DNA from: Eledone cirrhosa
Lineage: Eukaryota
Direction of reading: 5' to 3'
Assembly (NCBI GenBank): GCA_964016885.1
Contig: OZ024743.1
Location: forward strand, 229,834,001 to 229,898,000
DNA: 64,000 bases
The notes under the pieces were generated by a model. That model made no database searches. It saw only the letters and a program-made list of their open reading frames with translations, and had not been told where the DNA came from. The position numbers and the translations under genes were made by a program. The stretch's first letter is position 1, and every line of letters begins with the position of its first letter. Positions 1 to 14,439 of the stretch are shown piece after piece.

Positions 1-399
1 TTGAAAAGAGATAACATTTTATGGGATTAAAATTTCTATGGAATGAAACAAATTTAATATTGTGTGATCTCATGAAAAAAATGTGGGCGTAGTTTTGAAG
101 TAAGTTTCCTTTATTAGTATGACGAATGGCACTGATTAGAATAACGGCAAACCAGCTTATTTGGCAAATTTTATTACACATCCAGGTATTCGTTTTCAAG
201 CTATAGGCATATATATATATATATGTTTATGTATATATACATACACAAACACGCTCCATAACAATAATAATAATGTTAATGGTAGGAACAACAACAAACA
301 TAATAACAATAATAGCAACACACACAACTATGGCGATAGACATAATGACAACCCCTTAGAGAAACTATTCTTCAATCCAGCTGACAAATCATATCAAAT

Positions 400-2702
400 G
401 AGTAATATTTATCCTACAGGGTTATCCTTTAATAAAAGGGTTTGTATACAACAACAAATAGATGACGAGACAGAAGCACAGTTCACCATAGCTAGAAATA
501 AGACTAGACATATAGTAGACTATACTAAGAGACAAAGCAGACCAGAGATCCAACAACTTGGAAGGAAACCTGTAGAAGGGTTAGTTAGCCTCAAGCAGCG
601 CACAAGGGATGGTGAGGTAGTATGTCTACCCACGGATAAGTTTGGTAGGATGTCAAGAGACAGCATGCCGAACTACATCAAGGCTATGCAACTCCACATC
701 ACCAACACGAGCGAAATTACACAGCAAATACATGAGGGGAGAGAGAAGATCCTCAGCGCTCACATGATGATGTGGACCGACATCCAAAAGCCAAGCAGAC
801 GAACTGCTACCAACATCCAGGCGTCTAACAATGACATACCACACTTGTATGGGCTCCGCAAAGACCATAAGGCAGTCGACGACACGACAACAGGACCACC
901 AACAAGACCTGTATGTGGAGCCAATATTGCTAGCAACTACAGGATATCCTACTTCCTCTAAATGGTTATATGCCACATAATCAAGATGCCCCCAGGTGTA
1001 TGTAGCAGTACAGAGGACCTCCTCAGCCGAATCAATGAATGTAACAAAAACAAAAACCTGTCTAACTGCATAATGGGCAGTAGGGACGTGGTATCACTAT
1101 ACACATCCATTAACATTGATTTTGCTGTGGAAAAATGTGTGGAGATGATCAGTGAGAGGGAGGTGCAGTTCTGCGACAGCGACACAGACGAACTGGGCCT
1201 CCTACTTAGACTTACCTATGACACTGACTACCTAGACAGCCATGAGCTTAGCCGTTTCTGTCCCAGTAGACCCATAAGAGGTAGACCCCCCACAATAACC
1301 TCAATGGCAAAAATAAACTCCCTGGGAAGGTGGGTTGGGTGGACTAAAGCCATACGGAACCCCAAAAACAACGATCAGGTAAGAAAAATGATCGCACATG
1401 CAATAGGGTCTAGTATTATAACTACCCTAAAGGGCCACATATTCAAATTCAATGATCTACACCTAAAATGAGGGAGCAGCCATTGGCGTCAGCATAGCTG
1501 GTGATGTTGCCAGCGTTTTTATGGTATGTTGGGAAAGGAGACTCAAAGATCTCCTTGATGAGATCTCCATAGACCTCATCATGTACTCTCGTTACGTAGA
1601 CGACATTAATATAGTAACAAGAACACCCCCACAAGAGAGTACTAACAAGTATGATTTAGAATGTAGCTCAATGGAAAGCATCCAGCAGATAGCTAATTCC
1701 ATACACCAGAGTATAACTGTAATTATCGACTACCCTTCCAAACACTCTAACAGTAGACTACCTGTATTAGACACGGAACTCTGGATTAGCACTATAGACG
1801 AGAGGGCTCAAATTCTCCACTCATACTACGCTAAACCCATGGCCTCCAAATACCTGATACTCAAAAACTCAGCAATGTTCAGTAGTGCTAAGTTTAATAT
1901 TCTGATCGCAGTCTTGGTACGAGTGATGAAGAACATGGTCTGCATGTGAGACCCAACAGAAATGGAAAGACACATCCAACACTTCATCAACCGCATGCAG
2001 TTCTCTGGCTACAACCAAAGAGACAGAATCAGAGTATACGAAGGAGCCACGGAGAAGTATAAGACCCTCATAGAACTGGACATGAAAGGAATTTGCCTAT
2101 TATACACGTGCAAATCATGGAATAGCTTAGATATGGAAAGCCACCTCATGGTACGACAACCAGAGATACCAGAGTGTCATGTTCTTGGACGCTACCTCTC
2201 GAGGAAAATTAGCTAACCAGTGTAGAAAGGCCCTGAGAAAGACCCACTTAAAGTTTAAGGCGGTAGAAAAGCCAGGAACTACCATATATCCCTTATCAGC
2301 AAAACATACCCTTTCAAGAAAACCCACTGTACTAATAGGAAATGTATTATATGTAAAGTGAACCCCCAGATAAACTGTAAAACTAGAAATGTAGTCTATC
2401 GCATAAGATGTACAGAGGGTACTTGCAGAAATATGACAACGACATACATAGGCGAGACAGCTCGTAGCATAGGTGAAAGGATAGACCAACACTGGGGGGA
2501 ACTAAAAGGACGAAAAAACGGTTCAGAACTATACGAACACGCCAGACAACAACATGACGGTAACATAGACAACATAGAAATTAAAACAATATCTAAACAT
2601 AGAAATGACCTAGCAGATGGGCAATTCAGAGAGGCATGTGAAATAGAACCTAGAAGGCCAAAGATAAACAGAAAAAATGAATGGAATAACAACAACACCT
2701 AA
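400..2702 (+). pseudogene. Disrupted Penelope RT-GIY-YIG ORF
   Basis: Motifs in collinear order across five ORF pieces, with in-frame stops at about 959 and 1947 and frameshifts near 1470 and 2180-2360. Start position approximate. Confidence 0.85.
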
Positions 2703-2967
2703 ACAAACAATACTGACCTAAGAGAAATATAAATAAATAAATAAATAAATATATATATACACAAGCACAATAGCAACAAACACATATAAACACACACTAG
2801 TAAACTAAGATAGAATACAATAAACCAAAACACAGTCACCCAAACGCGAACAAACACGAAACACTATACACACACGCAAACGCATGCGCAGAGAAGAAGA
2901 CAAAAAATAAATAAATAGATTAAATAAAGATGGCGTAGATATACAATACAACGGGAGGAACATAATA

Positions 2968-3020
2968 ATAGCCCACTGACGATGTTGCAGATGTGCAACG
3001 AAAGAACTTTGTTAGACTAT
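2968..3020 (+). ncRNA. Type I hammerhead ribozyme motif (degenerate) in PLE 3' pLTR
   Basis: atagccca-CTGACGA-t-gttgca(gatg)tgcaac-GAAA-gaactt...tagactat: conserved core, perfect 6-bp stem II, imperfect stem I. Confidence 0.65.
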
Positions 3021-3233
3021 ATATACTATATATATATGTTTGTGTCTATATTATATCTTATTTGACAGTCGGTCAGTCAATGGTAAACATTGAGGACGGA
3101 ATAAATTAACTGATATAAAAGATACAGAAGCGAAAACCAACCAAACAGTGAATGTATTCTGTTATTAATTCTGGCAATATTATTACAACAATATGACCCT
3201 CCCCAAGTATAACAATATATATATATATATATA

Positions 3234-3293
<60 letters not shown>

Positions 3294-3295
<2 letters not shown>

Positions 3296-3334
3296 GCTTA
3301 CTGATGATTTCTCCCGAATGAAACAGTTTTAGCC
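3294..3334 (+). ncRNA. Minimal hammerhead-like motif at the start of a short (TA)n-flanked insert (3292-3490)
   Basis: ggctta-CTGATGA-tttctcccgaat-GAAAC-agttt-tagcc. Core intact, stem I ggct/agcc, stem II weak. Confidence 0.5.
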
Positions 3335-3496
3335 ATTTCTATATTAAATATTTGAATATAATCTAAAGAATCTTAAGAACGTTGTATACGATTCTTTGTG
3401 ATATTCGCTTTAGTTTTCTGCACGCTGTGTTCAAATACGGCCTAAGTCAATCTTGCATTTCATCCATTCGAGGTTCACCCACCCCCTTCTCTCTCA

Positions 3497-3605
<109 letters not shown>

Positions 3606-4101
3606 GAAAGGTATCGGCTGTGTTCAGGCCTGGAGAGGACATGAGATTCTCAAGTTTGATAAAAAGCTGAAGATACGTAAAAACGACTCGGTCAGGATTT
3701 ACATGTACATAGATAGATATATGTTTTACTTTGTATATATACATAAGCGCAGACATGGCTATATGATGTAAGGAAATATTTTCACAATCAAGGGATTTCG
3801 GGTTCAGTTTCACATATATATTCTGCTTTAGGCTTATACTTACCAATGCTTACTGAGGCAAATTTGGTAGACAAAACTGTCGTGTCTCGCATCAGTCCAG
3901 GTCATTATTTGTTTGCATGTATTTATGCACAGTAACTCAGTTGTTCGTCAAAAGGTGATCGATAAATTACTTAGCATATTTGAAAAAAAAAAAAATGCAC
4001 TACGGTTGATATAATAGATTAAATCCCTTTTAAGCTATGCTCATGTTTGGCTGCGCTCTAATGACTGAAACTAATAACTAAATATCATTATATATATATG
4101 A

Positions 4102-4290
4102 GGGCGGTGAATTGGCAGTATCGGTAGAGGGTCGGACGCCATGCTTTCTAGCATAGTTACGTCCCTTTACGATCTGAGTTCAAATCCCGCCGAGGTTGAC
4201 TTTGCCTTTCATCCTTACGGGGTCGATAAAATAAAGTACCAGTAATGCACTGGGTAATTGCTGGCCTTGTGCCTAACATAGAAACAATTA
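4102..4290 (+). mobile_element. tRNA-derived SINE (family 1)
   Basis: A-box-like ggcggtgaattggcag, B-box gagttcaaatccc, body gactttgcctttcatccttacggggtcgataaaataaagtaccag. Multiple copies in the window. Confidence 0.85.
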
Positions 4291-4400
4291 TATATATATG
4301 TATAATGGCAGCACCACGGCATGATCCCAGGCCATCGGTTGAAGCAGGTAAAAGAGTATATATATATATATATATATATACACACAGACACACACACGCG

Positions 4401-4440
<40 letters not shown>

Positions 4441-4838
4441 AAACATGTTGCTAGATTTTAAAAGTTCTTGCATCTCAGGCAGATATCTGTTTATATTTTC
4501 CTTTATATTTCTGCTTCCACTAATTTCGTAGAGTAACTAGTGTATAATATAGGGGTGGACTGGTGTTTGCTTTTATATAAAGAGGCCATTAGCATTGTTT
4601 GAGAATAACAAAGAAATAAGAGAAAATGTATTGCCAGTGATGGACTGAAGGAGATGAAAGGGAGATAATGGAAGGTATTAGAAAGGTTGAACGGGATGGC
4701 AAAAAAATCTAAAGAAATGAATGAGTAAACAAATGAAGATCAACGAAAAACGTGAAATAGTGAAAACATTTCAAGAGAACAAAGGATATATATACATATA
4801 TATATATATATAGAGAGAGAGACAGATATATATATATA

Positions 4839-4876
<38 letters not shown>

Positions 4877-4974
4877 CATACACACACATACATGCATATA
4901 AGCTTACTCACACACACATGTATACTATGCACGTATGTGTGTGTACATGTAAATTTATATATATATATATATAT

Positions 4975-5038
<64 letters not shown>

Positions 5039-5768
5039 TGTGTGTGTGTCGTGTGTATGTGTGTGTGTGTGTGTATAACGTTCATGATGGGATGTCATGT
5101 CATGTCAAAAAATACCGACCGGAAAGATCCAGAAAACAGATTGTTGCTTTGAGAGAGGACTGAAGATAATATTTGACAAAGAATTAGATAAAGCCATTAA
5201 AATATGACGGACCACATAGAAAAGAGACAATAAGTTAATGTGTGCATGTATGTCAGTGTATCAATGTGTACGTGGGTATGTGTCAAACATGTATGTGTTT
5301 ATGTCTGTGAATATAATACGTGAGTGCGTGTTGGCTGTCTACATGTTTATGTTTGAGACTGTTAATGTCTATATATGTGTGGGATCTATACATATTTAAG
5401 TTTGTGTCTCTATAAATGGATAAATGTATGTGTAGTGTTTGTTGAAAGAGTAACGAAAAGTCTAATGTAGTTTAGGATTGAAGCACGAGTGTGTGAGTGA
5501 GGCGGCAAGTGAGGCGGCAAGGAATATATAGGGTGTAATCAAAGAAGCGAAATATATATATACTTTTCTGCCCTCTTCAATTTGTAACCCCCCCACACAC
5601 ACCTTATCACCGTCATTATATTTCTCCTCCATCCATCTAGTCTACAATGTGTACCCGGCTATAGTTAAATAGTTGCTAAGCAGAAGTGGCATTCAGAATT
5701 TTCTGGAATCTCACGAACACACACGCAGTTTGTTTACATACACATACATACAATATAAATTAGTATAT

Positions 5769-5820
<52 letters not shown>

Positions 5821-5852
5821 GCATATATATATATATATACACGCATATATCG

Positions 5853-5908
<56 letters not shown>

Positions 5909-7559
5909 TTTGTAATGTAAGCACAAACACAGGGATGCAAAAACACGATGTCTTATTAATATGACGCTTAGGAGGAAGTACGGGAGGGTGTTTGGACGTA
6001 AGTCCATCTTCGGGAAAGGGAGAGTTTTTGGAGAGAGAGAACACGCTGTAACATCGGTGTTTTTAAGAAGATTGGGGTGGTAGGTGCGTGGTTCAGCATT
6101 CGTGAGTGCGTGCCGAGGTAGAGAGTCCAGGTGCGTTATGTGTGTGCCGGTGGGTTGAATTTCGTAGGTGTGCATTATTACTTTTGTTTGTGTGTGTTGC
6201 ATGTACACGTGCGTATATATTTTTAAAAGAGTGTGTATATGTGTATGTCCTAGCTCTCACTCACTCACATACACACACAAACACACACAAGCGCACACAC
6301 ACACACGCATACTTGCACACGCATACATACATATATATATATATATCCATATTTGGTCGGCAGCTGAGAGAAACGAGTACACAATACCGAAGTAGATGTT
6401 TAATATTAATTTATAATAAGGTTTGTCTGATGACCCTGTGATAAACAGGCGAAACTCCAGAGTAGCAAAACTCACTTATTACACTTAATATAAATGAATA
6501 TTTATATGTATACATATATAAAATGAGTTTGTGCGTGTGTAAATAACTTATTACAGGTTAGAATATATAAACATGAATAGTGAACAATCTACGTTATATA
6601 CATATTCTCTATTTTGATGCAGAAACATTATACATTCTTCGTGAGAACATTGTTTCATCTTGTTCAACTTTTTGAGTATGTCTTCGATTGTTGCATAGAG
6701 AACGTTGTTGAAAACACCATGTCGATAAAAATAATAAAAAAATAACAAAATAAATAATATAATGTATAATCTAGATCTCATTAAATCTAATGGTATGCAA
6801 TGGAACTCCGTCGCCCTCGCCGACACGGTGTGCTACATGACAGGCGCTTTGAATTACAGGTGAAAACCAACAGACGGAGTTCCATAGAGTTTCCGTCTAC
6901 CGAATTTCATTCATTTATGGATCAACCCGAGGTTATGATCAATGACACCTGCCCAAATGTCACATACGACGGTGACGTCATCTGTGATGGCGCTCATGGC
7001 ATTTCTGTCGTCCAGGTGAAGTGAAGTGCCCTTCAATGTTTCAATTTTTCGCAAGTTATGTTTTTGTTAATATATAATTTTTTGTTAATAAATAACTATA
7101 GAAATTAAATGTATAGCATAATAATTTTGAAAATGAGTAAATAAAGGTAGAGGATATTTGGAGGACAGAAATTACTGTAAGAGTAGGTGTCAATCGGTAG
7201 GAGGATGTGGATATGTGGTGTAACAATTGTTAGAATATGTACATGTTTTCCCAATCATGTGAAGCAGCAATGATATTTATTAATCCAGGTATCGAATTAC
7301 AATATTGTGTATTTTCCATCAAAAGGTTCAGCGTCATTGGATTATAAAAGATTTTAACATCGCTTTATGATATAACTATATTGCCAGAAATCGTGTAAAG
7401 TGCAATCTACTTCATATATACATAGGCGACTCAAGAAAGCATCATATTTAATACTGATTCAAATAGTAAGTCGATATGGAGTCTTCACACTGTAATATTT
7501 CACTATTTCTGTTCCAATCCTTCCCGTTATGTCATGCTTTAGTTTTCAAACGTTTAAAT

Positions 7560-7990
7560 AGCAGCAAAATATTATTCACACAATGAAAATATTTGACCAC
7601 ATCATAAGTACCCTGGAGTCTCTGGCTGTTTTGGGTGATACATTACACATTCTAAACCTCAGTCTGTGTCTATACTAATGACACCATCGGTTACTTCTCC
7701 TCCGCCATAGCCATTTAGAGACCCTCGCTACTGTTTCTATGTTGTTTCTTCTTTTGCTCTCCCAATGACCGCGTAGGCTTCACTACATTATGAATCTAAA
7801 TGGTTCTTGTAGAATAGCTTCAGCCCCGTAGCGTATGCAATCACCTCCCGTGATCTACAAAATCACCCAGTTGGAAGACTTTTAATAGCATAAGCTAGAA
7901 GCACTGTTAACAATGTATGGTACACTATATCTTGCTGGATTGGTGGTGTTTAGATTCGTTTAAATGACTTGACTGTCGGTGGTATCCCAA
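7560..7990 (-). mobile_element. Possible very decayed Ty3/Gypsy RNase H remnant
   Basis: Minus-strand reading gives DCIRYGAEAIL (like DAS.YG.GAVL), then an AY...SL-like and an RLQ-like segment in the expected order. Heavily broken. Confidence 0.35.
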
Positions 7991-8907
7991 TAACAAAACT
8001 GAACTGAAAAGTGAACATGAAATGAAAATCTTTAAAAAGGGTTATGTTATTTTAGCTTCATTTAATTCAATCTTCCACTGCGATGAAGCCACCTTCTTTC
8101 TTTGGGCCATGACGAGAGTGAACAAAAATATCTTGTCACATGATTAAATTGATCCATGTGCATTGGCCAATTTCAGATTCGGGTATATTTTTTAACTACA
8201 TTGTAGTTTTATTGAAATTTTATTGAAAAAAAAGATTCTGCATTGTTTAAAAATATATCATAAATGGATTTAAGAAAATTGATAGGAAACTTTATTATGG
8301 GTATCTCCATATTATAGGAAATGTAACCTCAGTAGTTTAGAGCAGAAGGGAAATTTAATTATCTGATTATTGTGAGGGATTTTGTTGATTCATAACATCG
8401 TTACTGGTGTCACATTTCTCTTGAATGTGTCATTACCAATATGATTAAACAAATATTAAGGTTTGGAATATTTTGAGACAAAGTTTCGAGAACAATGTGG
8501 TATGTGTCAACGAAATTGTTAGGCTAATCATTATGATGAAGCTGATCCATGTTGATGACGTTATTTGTTGCTACTGTTGGTGCTATAGTTATCACATGTT
8601 AATACTACAGTAATTAAATTGTAGCTTTGTTTGATATTCTTGCTTTCGTTGTTCTTATTGATAACGACAACGATGGGAACGATGATCATTGTTGCAACGT
8701 TGTAAACGCTAATGATGATGACGGCGACGATGACGTACAGATGGATGCAAAGAGCAATTATATTTCTATTGATAATGACAAAGATAATGATGTTGGTATT
8801 GCTGCTGCTGCAAATAGAGTACTAAATGAAAGCAATGCTTATGCTACAGACATTTTATCTGCAGTTAATGATGTTGTTGCTGTTGTTATTATTTAGCCGA
8901 AACATGT

Positions 8908-9118
8908 CGGTGGATTGGCAGTTTCAGTAGAGCGCCGGGCAACATGCTTTGTGGCATAGAGCTACGAACCTTTACGTTCTGATTTCAAATCCCGCTGAGG
9001 TAAGATTTGCTTTTCGTTCTTATGGGGTCGATGAAATAATGTATCAGGCACGCACTGGGTCGTTTTAATCGACTTTCCCCTGCCCCAAATTGTTGGCCTT
9101 GTGCCTATGTATAAGAAA
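8908..9118 (+). mobile_element. tRNA-derived SINE (family 1, diverged)
   Basis: Aligns by eye with 4102-4290 (ttcaaatcccgctgagg...ggggtcgatgaaataa...ggccttgtgccta). Confidence 0.8.
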
Positions 9119-9447
9119 CCCTTATTTGGTTGCAAATATTCCAAATTTTACCAAGGAATAGCAGATATAACATTATATAATGCAATGTGTTTTTCTTTAA
9201 AACTAAAAAATTTGAGAGAGAATTCTGTCAATAAAAAATGAGAATTTGAGAGAAAGAATAACAGAAATAATGTTTGTATATCATCATCATCATCATCATC
9301 ATCATCATTATCATTATCATCATCGTCGTTGTCGTCGTCATCATCATCATATCCATCATCTCCGTTTATGGTCCGAATTCCCTGCTAGAAATATGTAATT
9401 TTATTTAAAACAACAGCAACAACAACAACAACACCAATAATTATTAC

Positions 9448-9476
<29 letters not shown>

Positions 9477-9478
<2 letters not shown>

Positions 9479-9611
9479 CTTCAAAAGGCATGCTTGCTGG
9501 GAATAGCAAGAACCCTCCGATACGTCCTGAATATCTGAGGCTGCAGGTAGAGGCTTGATATTCATTCCAACGGACTTTCCAGTTAACCATCATCAATGAC
9601 TGTAATTCAAG
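9477..9611 (+). mobile_element. Dong/R4 family B, 3'-terminal fragment flanked by (TAA)n on both sides
   Basis: Near-identical to 13914-14049 (LQKACLLG...VLNI* plus 3' UTR). Confidence 0.9.
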
Positions 9612-9636
9612 AATAATAATAATAATAATAATAATG

Positions 9637-9698
9637 ATTTCTTTATTAACCACAAGGGTTTACATAAAGTAGACATTAAGGACAGTGCAGGACAATAC
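9637..9698 (-). mobile_element. Tx1/L1-like 3' end remnant
   Basis: Reverse complement ...cccttgtggttaataaagaaatc(att)n matches the 3' ends at 18508-18560 (-) and 52135-52160 (+). Confidence 0.6.
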
Positions 9699-11985
9699 AA
9701 GGAGCCAGAAAAGATACCTTCATGGCTAGTTAACGCCATTACATTCCTGCTTCCGAAGAATGATGAGACAAACAATCCCAAAAATTACAGACCGATAACT
9801 TGCTTGACCACAATGTATAACATTTTAACATCAGTCCTAACTGAATACACATATGACCACCTGATAACAAATTACCTATTTCCCATTGAGCAGAAAGGGT
9901 GTAAACGAGGCTCATATGGCTGTAAGGATCAGCTTCTGGTTAACAAAATGATACTGGAAGATTGTCATAATAGACACAAAAATCTATCGATTGCTTGGAT
10001 AGATTATAGAAAAGCATTTGATAGTTTGCCACACAGTTGGATTGAAAAATGTTTAGAGATTTTCAAAGTATCCCCCGTTGTCAGGAGGTTTTTGTCATTC
10101 AGTATGAAGACATAGAAAACGACACTCCTTTTGAATAGTGAAACAAAATCACTGGAAGCTGGAGAAGTTAATATTAATTGTGGAATTTTTCAGGGTGACT
10201 CTTTATCACCGCTTTTATTCTGCATCGCACTTATACCATTAAGTAAAATGCTCAATGAAACAAAACATGGATATAAAGTCTATGACAAAACCATTAATCA
10301 CTTGTTCTACATGGATGACCTGAAACTATTTGCAAAAAATGATGAACAATTGCAAGGGCTATTATCCACTGTGGAGCAGTTCAGTGATGACATTAAAATG
10401 GAGTTTGGACTAGATAAATGCGCCAAAGCAACGTTCACCAGAGGAAAGCTGCTGAAGAGTTCAGACATTAATCTTGATCGGGAGAACGTGATAAGAGAAC
10501 TTGATCAAGAAAAAACTTACAAATATCTAGTTGTATGTGAAGGAGACGGAATCAAGCACTCGACAATGAGGGAAAGGATTAGGAAGGAATGTTACCGCAG
10601 AGTGAGAGCAATCTTAAGAACGGAATTGAATGCAAGGAATAGGATCGATGCCATAAACACGCTTGCCCTACCAGTAGTAACCTACAGTTACAATGTCATC
10701 AACTGGTCAAGCACAGAGATCCGTAGGCTCGATACAAAAATTCGAAAATTCTTAACCATGCACAGAATGCATCACCCTAAAGCAGATATAGATGGAATAT
10801 ATCTCCCTAGGAAAGAAGGAGGACGTGGGTTAATCCAGTTAGACATTGCGTTGAAAACTGCAACAATTGGATTATCTACATATCTAAGGGAATCACATGA
10901 TTGGATGATCAAACTCGTTTTGAAACACGAAAGCATCAAAAGATCATATTCCATTACAAAAGATGCACAAAGATACAGTAATGGACTACAAATTTCAGAA
11001 GTCCCATTTACTGCTGAAATGGAAAACACAGAAAAAGCAAAGCAGCTAAAAGTAACTGCAAAGAAAGAACTGCTACAGAAACTGGCTAAGAAATGGCAAG
11101 AAAAGCCTCTGTATGGAAAATACCCAGAGCGAGCTAACAATCCTGATGTTGACAAAACTTTAACCCATCAGTGGTTGGAATCCTCTGGACTGAAATCGGA
11201 GACTGAAGGACTGATTATATCAGCACAAGATCAGTGTCTGCCAACAAAAAATTACCAAGCCAACATAAAAAATGGATGCAGCCCATTATGCCGTGTATGC
11301 AAAAAACAACCAGAGACCATTGACCATATAATTTCAATGTGCAGTCCTATAGCTCCAACCGAATACCTAAACAGGCATGACAGAGCTGCACAATACATAC
11401 ATTGGATACTGTGTAAGCATTTTGACCTGCCCCATCAAAAGAATTGGTGGGAGCATCAACCACCTCCCATACTTGAAAAAGGTCACATCTTAATCTTGTG
11501 GAATTTTAGCATCCAAACAGACCGAAAAATAGATGCAAATAGACCTGATATAATATTGAAGGACTTTCAAAGGAGGGTATGCCTGCTAATTGATATGTCT
11601 GTTCCAATAGACAAGAATGTATCTATAAAAACATTTGAAAAATTGAGCAAGTATAAGGACCTAGAGATAGAAATTGGAAAAATCTGGAAATTGAGAACTA
11701 AAACAATACCAGTGGTTGTAGGCGCTCTGGGAATGATACCTAAGGGGTCTAATGATTACTTATCGCAAATCCCAGGAAACCCGCGTATAGGAGAAATACA
11801 AAAGATAGTACTAATGGGAACTGCCCATATACTAAGGAAGATTCTGTCAATATCACTAAACACTAAAGATGCATGTGTGAGTATGTATGTTCTTTCTTGA
11901 ACATGGCGGACCTTGTTGTCTCTTGAGGTCACTGGTTGTGACTTGGTGATAACTCGTATGAACATAAAGCAAGATAAATGCAACT

Positions 11986-11986
<1 letters not shown>
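9699..11986 (+). mobile_element. Dong/R4-clade non-LTR retrotransposon family A, 5'-truncated
   Basis: RT ([38 protein letters not shown]), CCHC knuckle (CRVC..ETIDHIISMC), RHD and PD-(D/E)xK RLE (RPDII...DMSVP...KLSKY). (TAA)n tail. In-frame TAG at 10113-10115. Confidence 0.93.
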
Positions 11987-12042
<56 letters not shown>

Positions 12043-12044
12043 GT

Positions 12045-14049
12045 AATGTGGAAACTGTTGACGAGCATTGTGTCTGAGGAAATCTACCATCACCTCCACA
12101 CAAACAACTTGTTACCGGACGAACAGAAAGGATGCCGAAGGAAGTCACGTGGTACAAAGGACCAGTTGCTTATTGATAAGATGGTAATGGGGAATTGCAG
12201 GAGGAGACACACTGATCTTGCCATGGGATGGATAGACTACAGAAAGGCATTTGACATGGTGCCTCATTCCTGGATCACCAAAAGCCTGGAGATCTTCAGG
12301 GTGGCAGATAACATCAGACAGTTGCTGGGCAGGAGTATGGGGTCCTGGGAGACAGAGTTGACATCAACTGGAGTATCCTTGGGAAGCGTGAAGATCAAGA
12401 GAGGTATCTTCCAGGGAGATAGCCTGTCCCCTCTGTTGTTTGTCCTTGCCCTGATGCCCTTGACCATTATGCTGCGAAAAGTGAGAGCAGGATACAAGTT
12501 GGGAAGGGGAGAGCTTACCATCAATCACCTCCTCTTCATGGACGATCTTAAGCTCTTCGGGAAAAGTGAGAAGGAGTTGGATGTGCTTGTTGACACTGTC
12601 CGTATTTTCAGCAGTGATATATGTATGCAGTTTGGTATTGGTAAATGTGGAGTCATTGTGATGAAGAGGGGTAGGTTGAGCAGAAGTAACGGGATCCAGA
12701 TACCAACAGGTGAGATGATAAAGGAAATTGACTCTGAGGAAGGATACAAGTATTTGGGCGTTCTGGAGGCTGATGGCATAAAGAACAAAAAAATGAAGGA
12801 ATTGTTAAGAACTGAATACATTCGGAGAGTAAGGAGCGTATTGAAGTCACATCTGAACAGCAGAAATGCCATAAGCGCAGTAAATTCCCGAGCTGTGTCT
12901 ATTATTAGGTACAGTGCGGGAATTCTGAGATGGAATGTTGCTGAACAAAAAGAAATGGATAGGAAGACTAGGAAGCTATTGACTATCTACAACATGTTCC
13001 ACAAGAGGAGTGATGTCGATAGACTCTACCTAAGGAGATCTGAGGGTGGAAGAAGTCTTATCAGCATAGAGGACTGTGTTCAGATGGAGAAAAACAACCT
13101 ATACAAATACGTGACCTATAGTAAGGTGCCAATGCTCAGAGCTGTACTGAAGGAGGGGACAGTAGGCCAGGGGATATCCAAGGAGGAAATAACATCAAGG
13201 AGGAAGAGCAGCCTTAAGGGAAAATCCCTTCATAGTACCTTCTTTGAGAAAACTGAATTTAGAGATCCACAGACATGGAACTGGTTGAGAAGAGGAGACC
13301 TCAAAAAGGCTACAGAAGGAATGCTAATGGCTGCGCAGGAGCAGGCCCTCAAAACGAAGTGGTTGAAGCACCATATCTACAAGGAGGAGGCTAGCCCACT
13401 GTGCAGGATCTGTGGAGAGAGAGAGGAGACTGTGGCTCACATTGTGTCCGAGTGTAAACACCTAGCCCAGACCCACTATAAGGGCTGGAGACACGATGTG
13501 ATGGGCAGGGTGATCCACTGGCACCTGTGCAAAGTAAACAATCTACCACATTCTGAGAAATGGTATGAGCATAGGCCAGAGGCGGTGATGGAGAACAGTC
13601 AGGTGAAGGTGCTGTGGGATTTTAGGATACAGACGGACAAAAAACTGGAACACAATAGACCTGACCTGGTGGTTGTGGACAAAGAAAAAAGATCGTGCCT
13701 GATTGTGGATGTGGCCTGCCCGTTCGACACGAGAGTGCAAGAGAAGGAGAGGGAGAAAATTAACCGATACCAGGACCTAAAGTGGGAGGTGAAAAGGATT
13801 TGGAACTGCCATGAAGTCAAAGTGATCCCGATTGTCATAGGCGCACTGGGGACTATCTCCAAAGGTTTCCAGGGATGGTTAAAGAAAATCGGCCCCTTCA
13901 CGCTTTTTGGAACGCTTCAAAAGGCATGCTTGCTTGGAACAGCAAGAACCCTCCGAAACGTCCTGAATATCTGAGGCTGCAGGTAGTGGCTTGATATTCA
14001 ATCCAACGGACTTTCCAGTTAACCAACATCAATGACTGAGATTCAAGGA
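12045..14049 (+). mobile_element. Dong/R4-clade non-LTR retrotransposon family B, 5'-truncated, between (TAA)n tracts
   Basis: Uninterrupted 642-aa frame with RT, CCHC and RLE motifs. Flanked 5' and 3' by TAA repeats. Confidence 0.95.
12046..13974 (+). CDS. Reverse transcriptase / restriction-like endonuclease (C-terminal part of the Dong/R4 ORF)
   Basis: [62 protein letters not shown]. Open frame but the N-terminus is missing. Confidence 0.85.
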   Translation: MWKLLTSIVSEEIYHHLHTNNLLPDEQKGCRRKSRGTKDQLLIDKMVMGNCRRRHTDLAMGWIDYRKAFDMVPHSWITKSLEIFRVADNIRQLLGRSMGSWETELTSTGVSLGSVKIKRGIFQGDSLSPLLFVLALMPLTIMLRKVRAGYKLGRGELTINHLLFMDDLKLFGKSEKELDVLVDTVRIFSSDICMQFGIGKCGVIVMKRGRLSRSNGIQIPTGEMIKEIDSEEGYKYLGVLEADGIKNKKMKELLRTEYIRRVRSVLKSHLNSRNAISAVNSRAVSIIRYSAGILRWNVAEQKEMDRKTRKLLTIYNMFHKRSDVDRLYLRRSEGGRSLISIEDCVQMEKNNLYKYVTYSKVPMLRAVLKEGTVGQGISKEEITSRRKSSLKGKSLHSTFFEKTEFRDPQTWNWLRRGDLKKATEGMLMAAQEQALKTKWLKHHIYKEEASPLCRICGEREETVAHIVSECKHLAQTHYKGWRHDVMGRVIHWHLCKVNNLPHSEKWYEHRPEAVMENSQVKVLWDFRIQTDKKLEHNRPDLVVVDKEKRSCLIVDVACPFDTRVQEKEREKINRYQDLKWEVKRIWNCHEVKVIPIVIGALGTISKGFQGWLKKIGPFTLFGTLQKACLLGTARTLRNVLNI

Positions 14050-14060
14050 ATAACAATAAC

Positions 14061-14096
<36 letters not shown>

Positions 14097-14439
14097 CCCC
14101 TGTTAACTTGAGAGAGAAAGGGCAAGGTGGCGGTATCACTAGACAAGGGAGAGGCTAGCAAAAGATATAAATAGATTGACTTAGTGACCTGGCCACATCA
14201 ACAATTATGGGACTGCTGGCTCACCCCTTACTCACCAACAATATAAAAAGCCCCGGCACCACCACCGACATAGCCAACAACAATAACAGCCAACCACAAC
14301 AAAAAGTATATTATATTATTGTAATGCACTGGGTGATTGCTGGCCTTGTGCCTGGAGTGGAGACAATTATTAATAATTTCATTCTTAAGCCACGCAATGC
14401 TCACATTAAGGAACCACTCATGATAATAACAATTTAAAA

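Larger units (their letters stand above)
161..3220 (+). mobile_element. Penelope-like element (PLE), degenerate: RT plus GIY-YIG endonuclease, with a 3' pLTR carrying a hammerhead and ending in (TA)n
   Basis: ORF fragments 161-961, 962-1471, 1521-1949, 1962-2216 and 2358-2702 give PLE RT motifs (TDKFG, LYGLRKDHK, PPTRPVCGA, DVVSLYTSI, YSRYVDDINIV, LPVLDTELW) and a GIY-YIG domain (NVVYRIRC..C...TYIGETARSIGERIDQH). Several stops and frameshifts. Terminus atgaccctccccaagtataacaat runs into (TA)n. Confidence 0.88.

Noticed and set aside
1947-1949. In-frame TGA in the PLE ORF as a possible selenocysteine (known in some Naiad PLEs)
   Set aside because: The copy also has a TAA stop and frameshifts, and I see no SECIS. 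Ordinary decay is simpler.
8060-8140. DEA-like mariner transposase motif
   Set aside because: Too short and broken to support a call.
10772-13901. Antisense ORFs over Dong elements (also 17182-17565, 48171-48518, 50649-50987)
   Set aside because: Shadow frames of the RT ORF, recurring only because the element is repeated.
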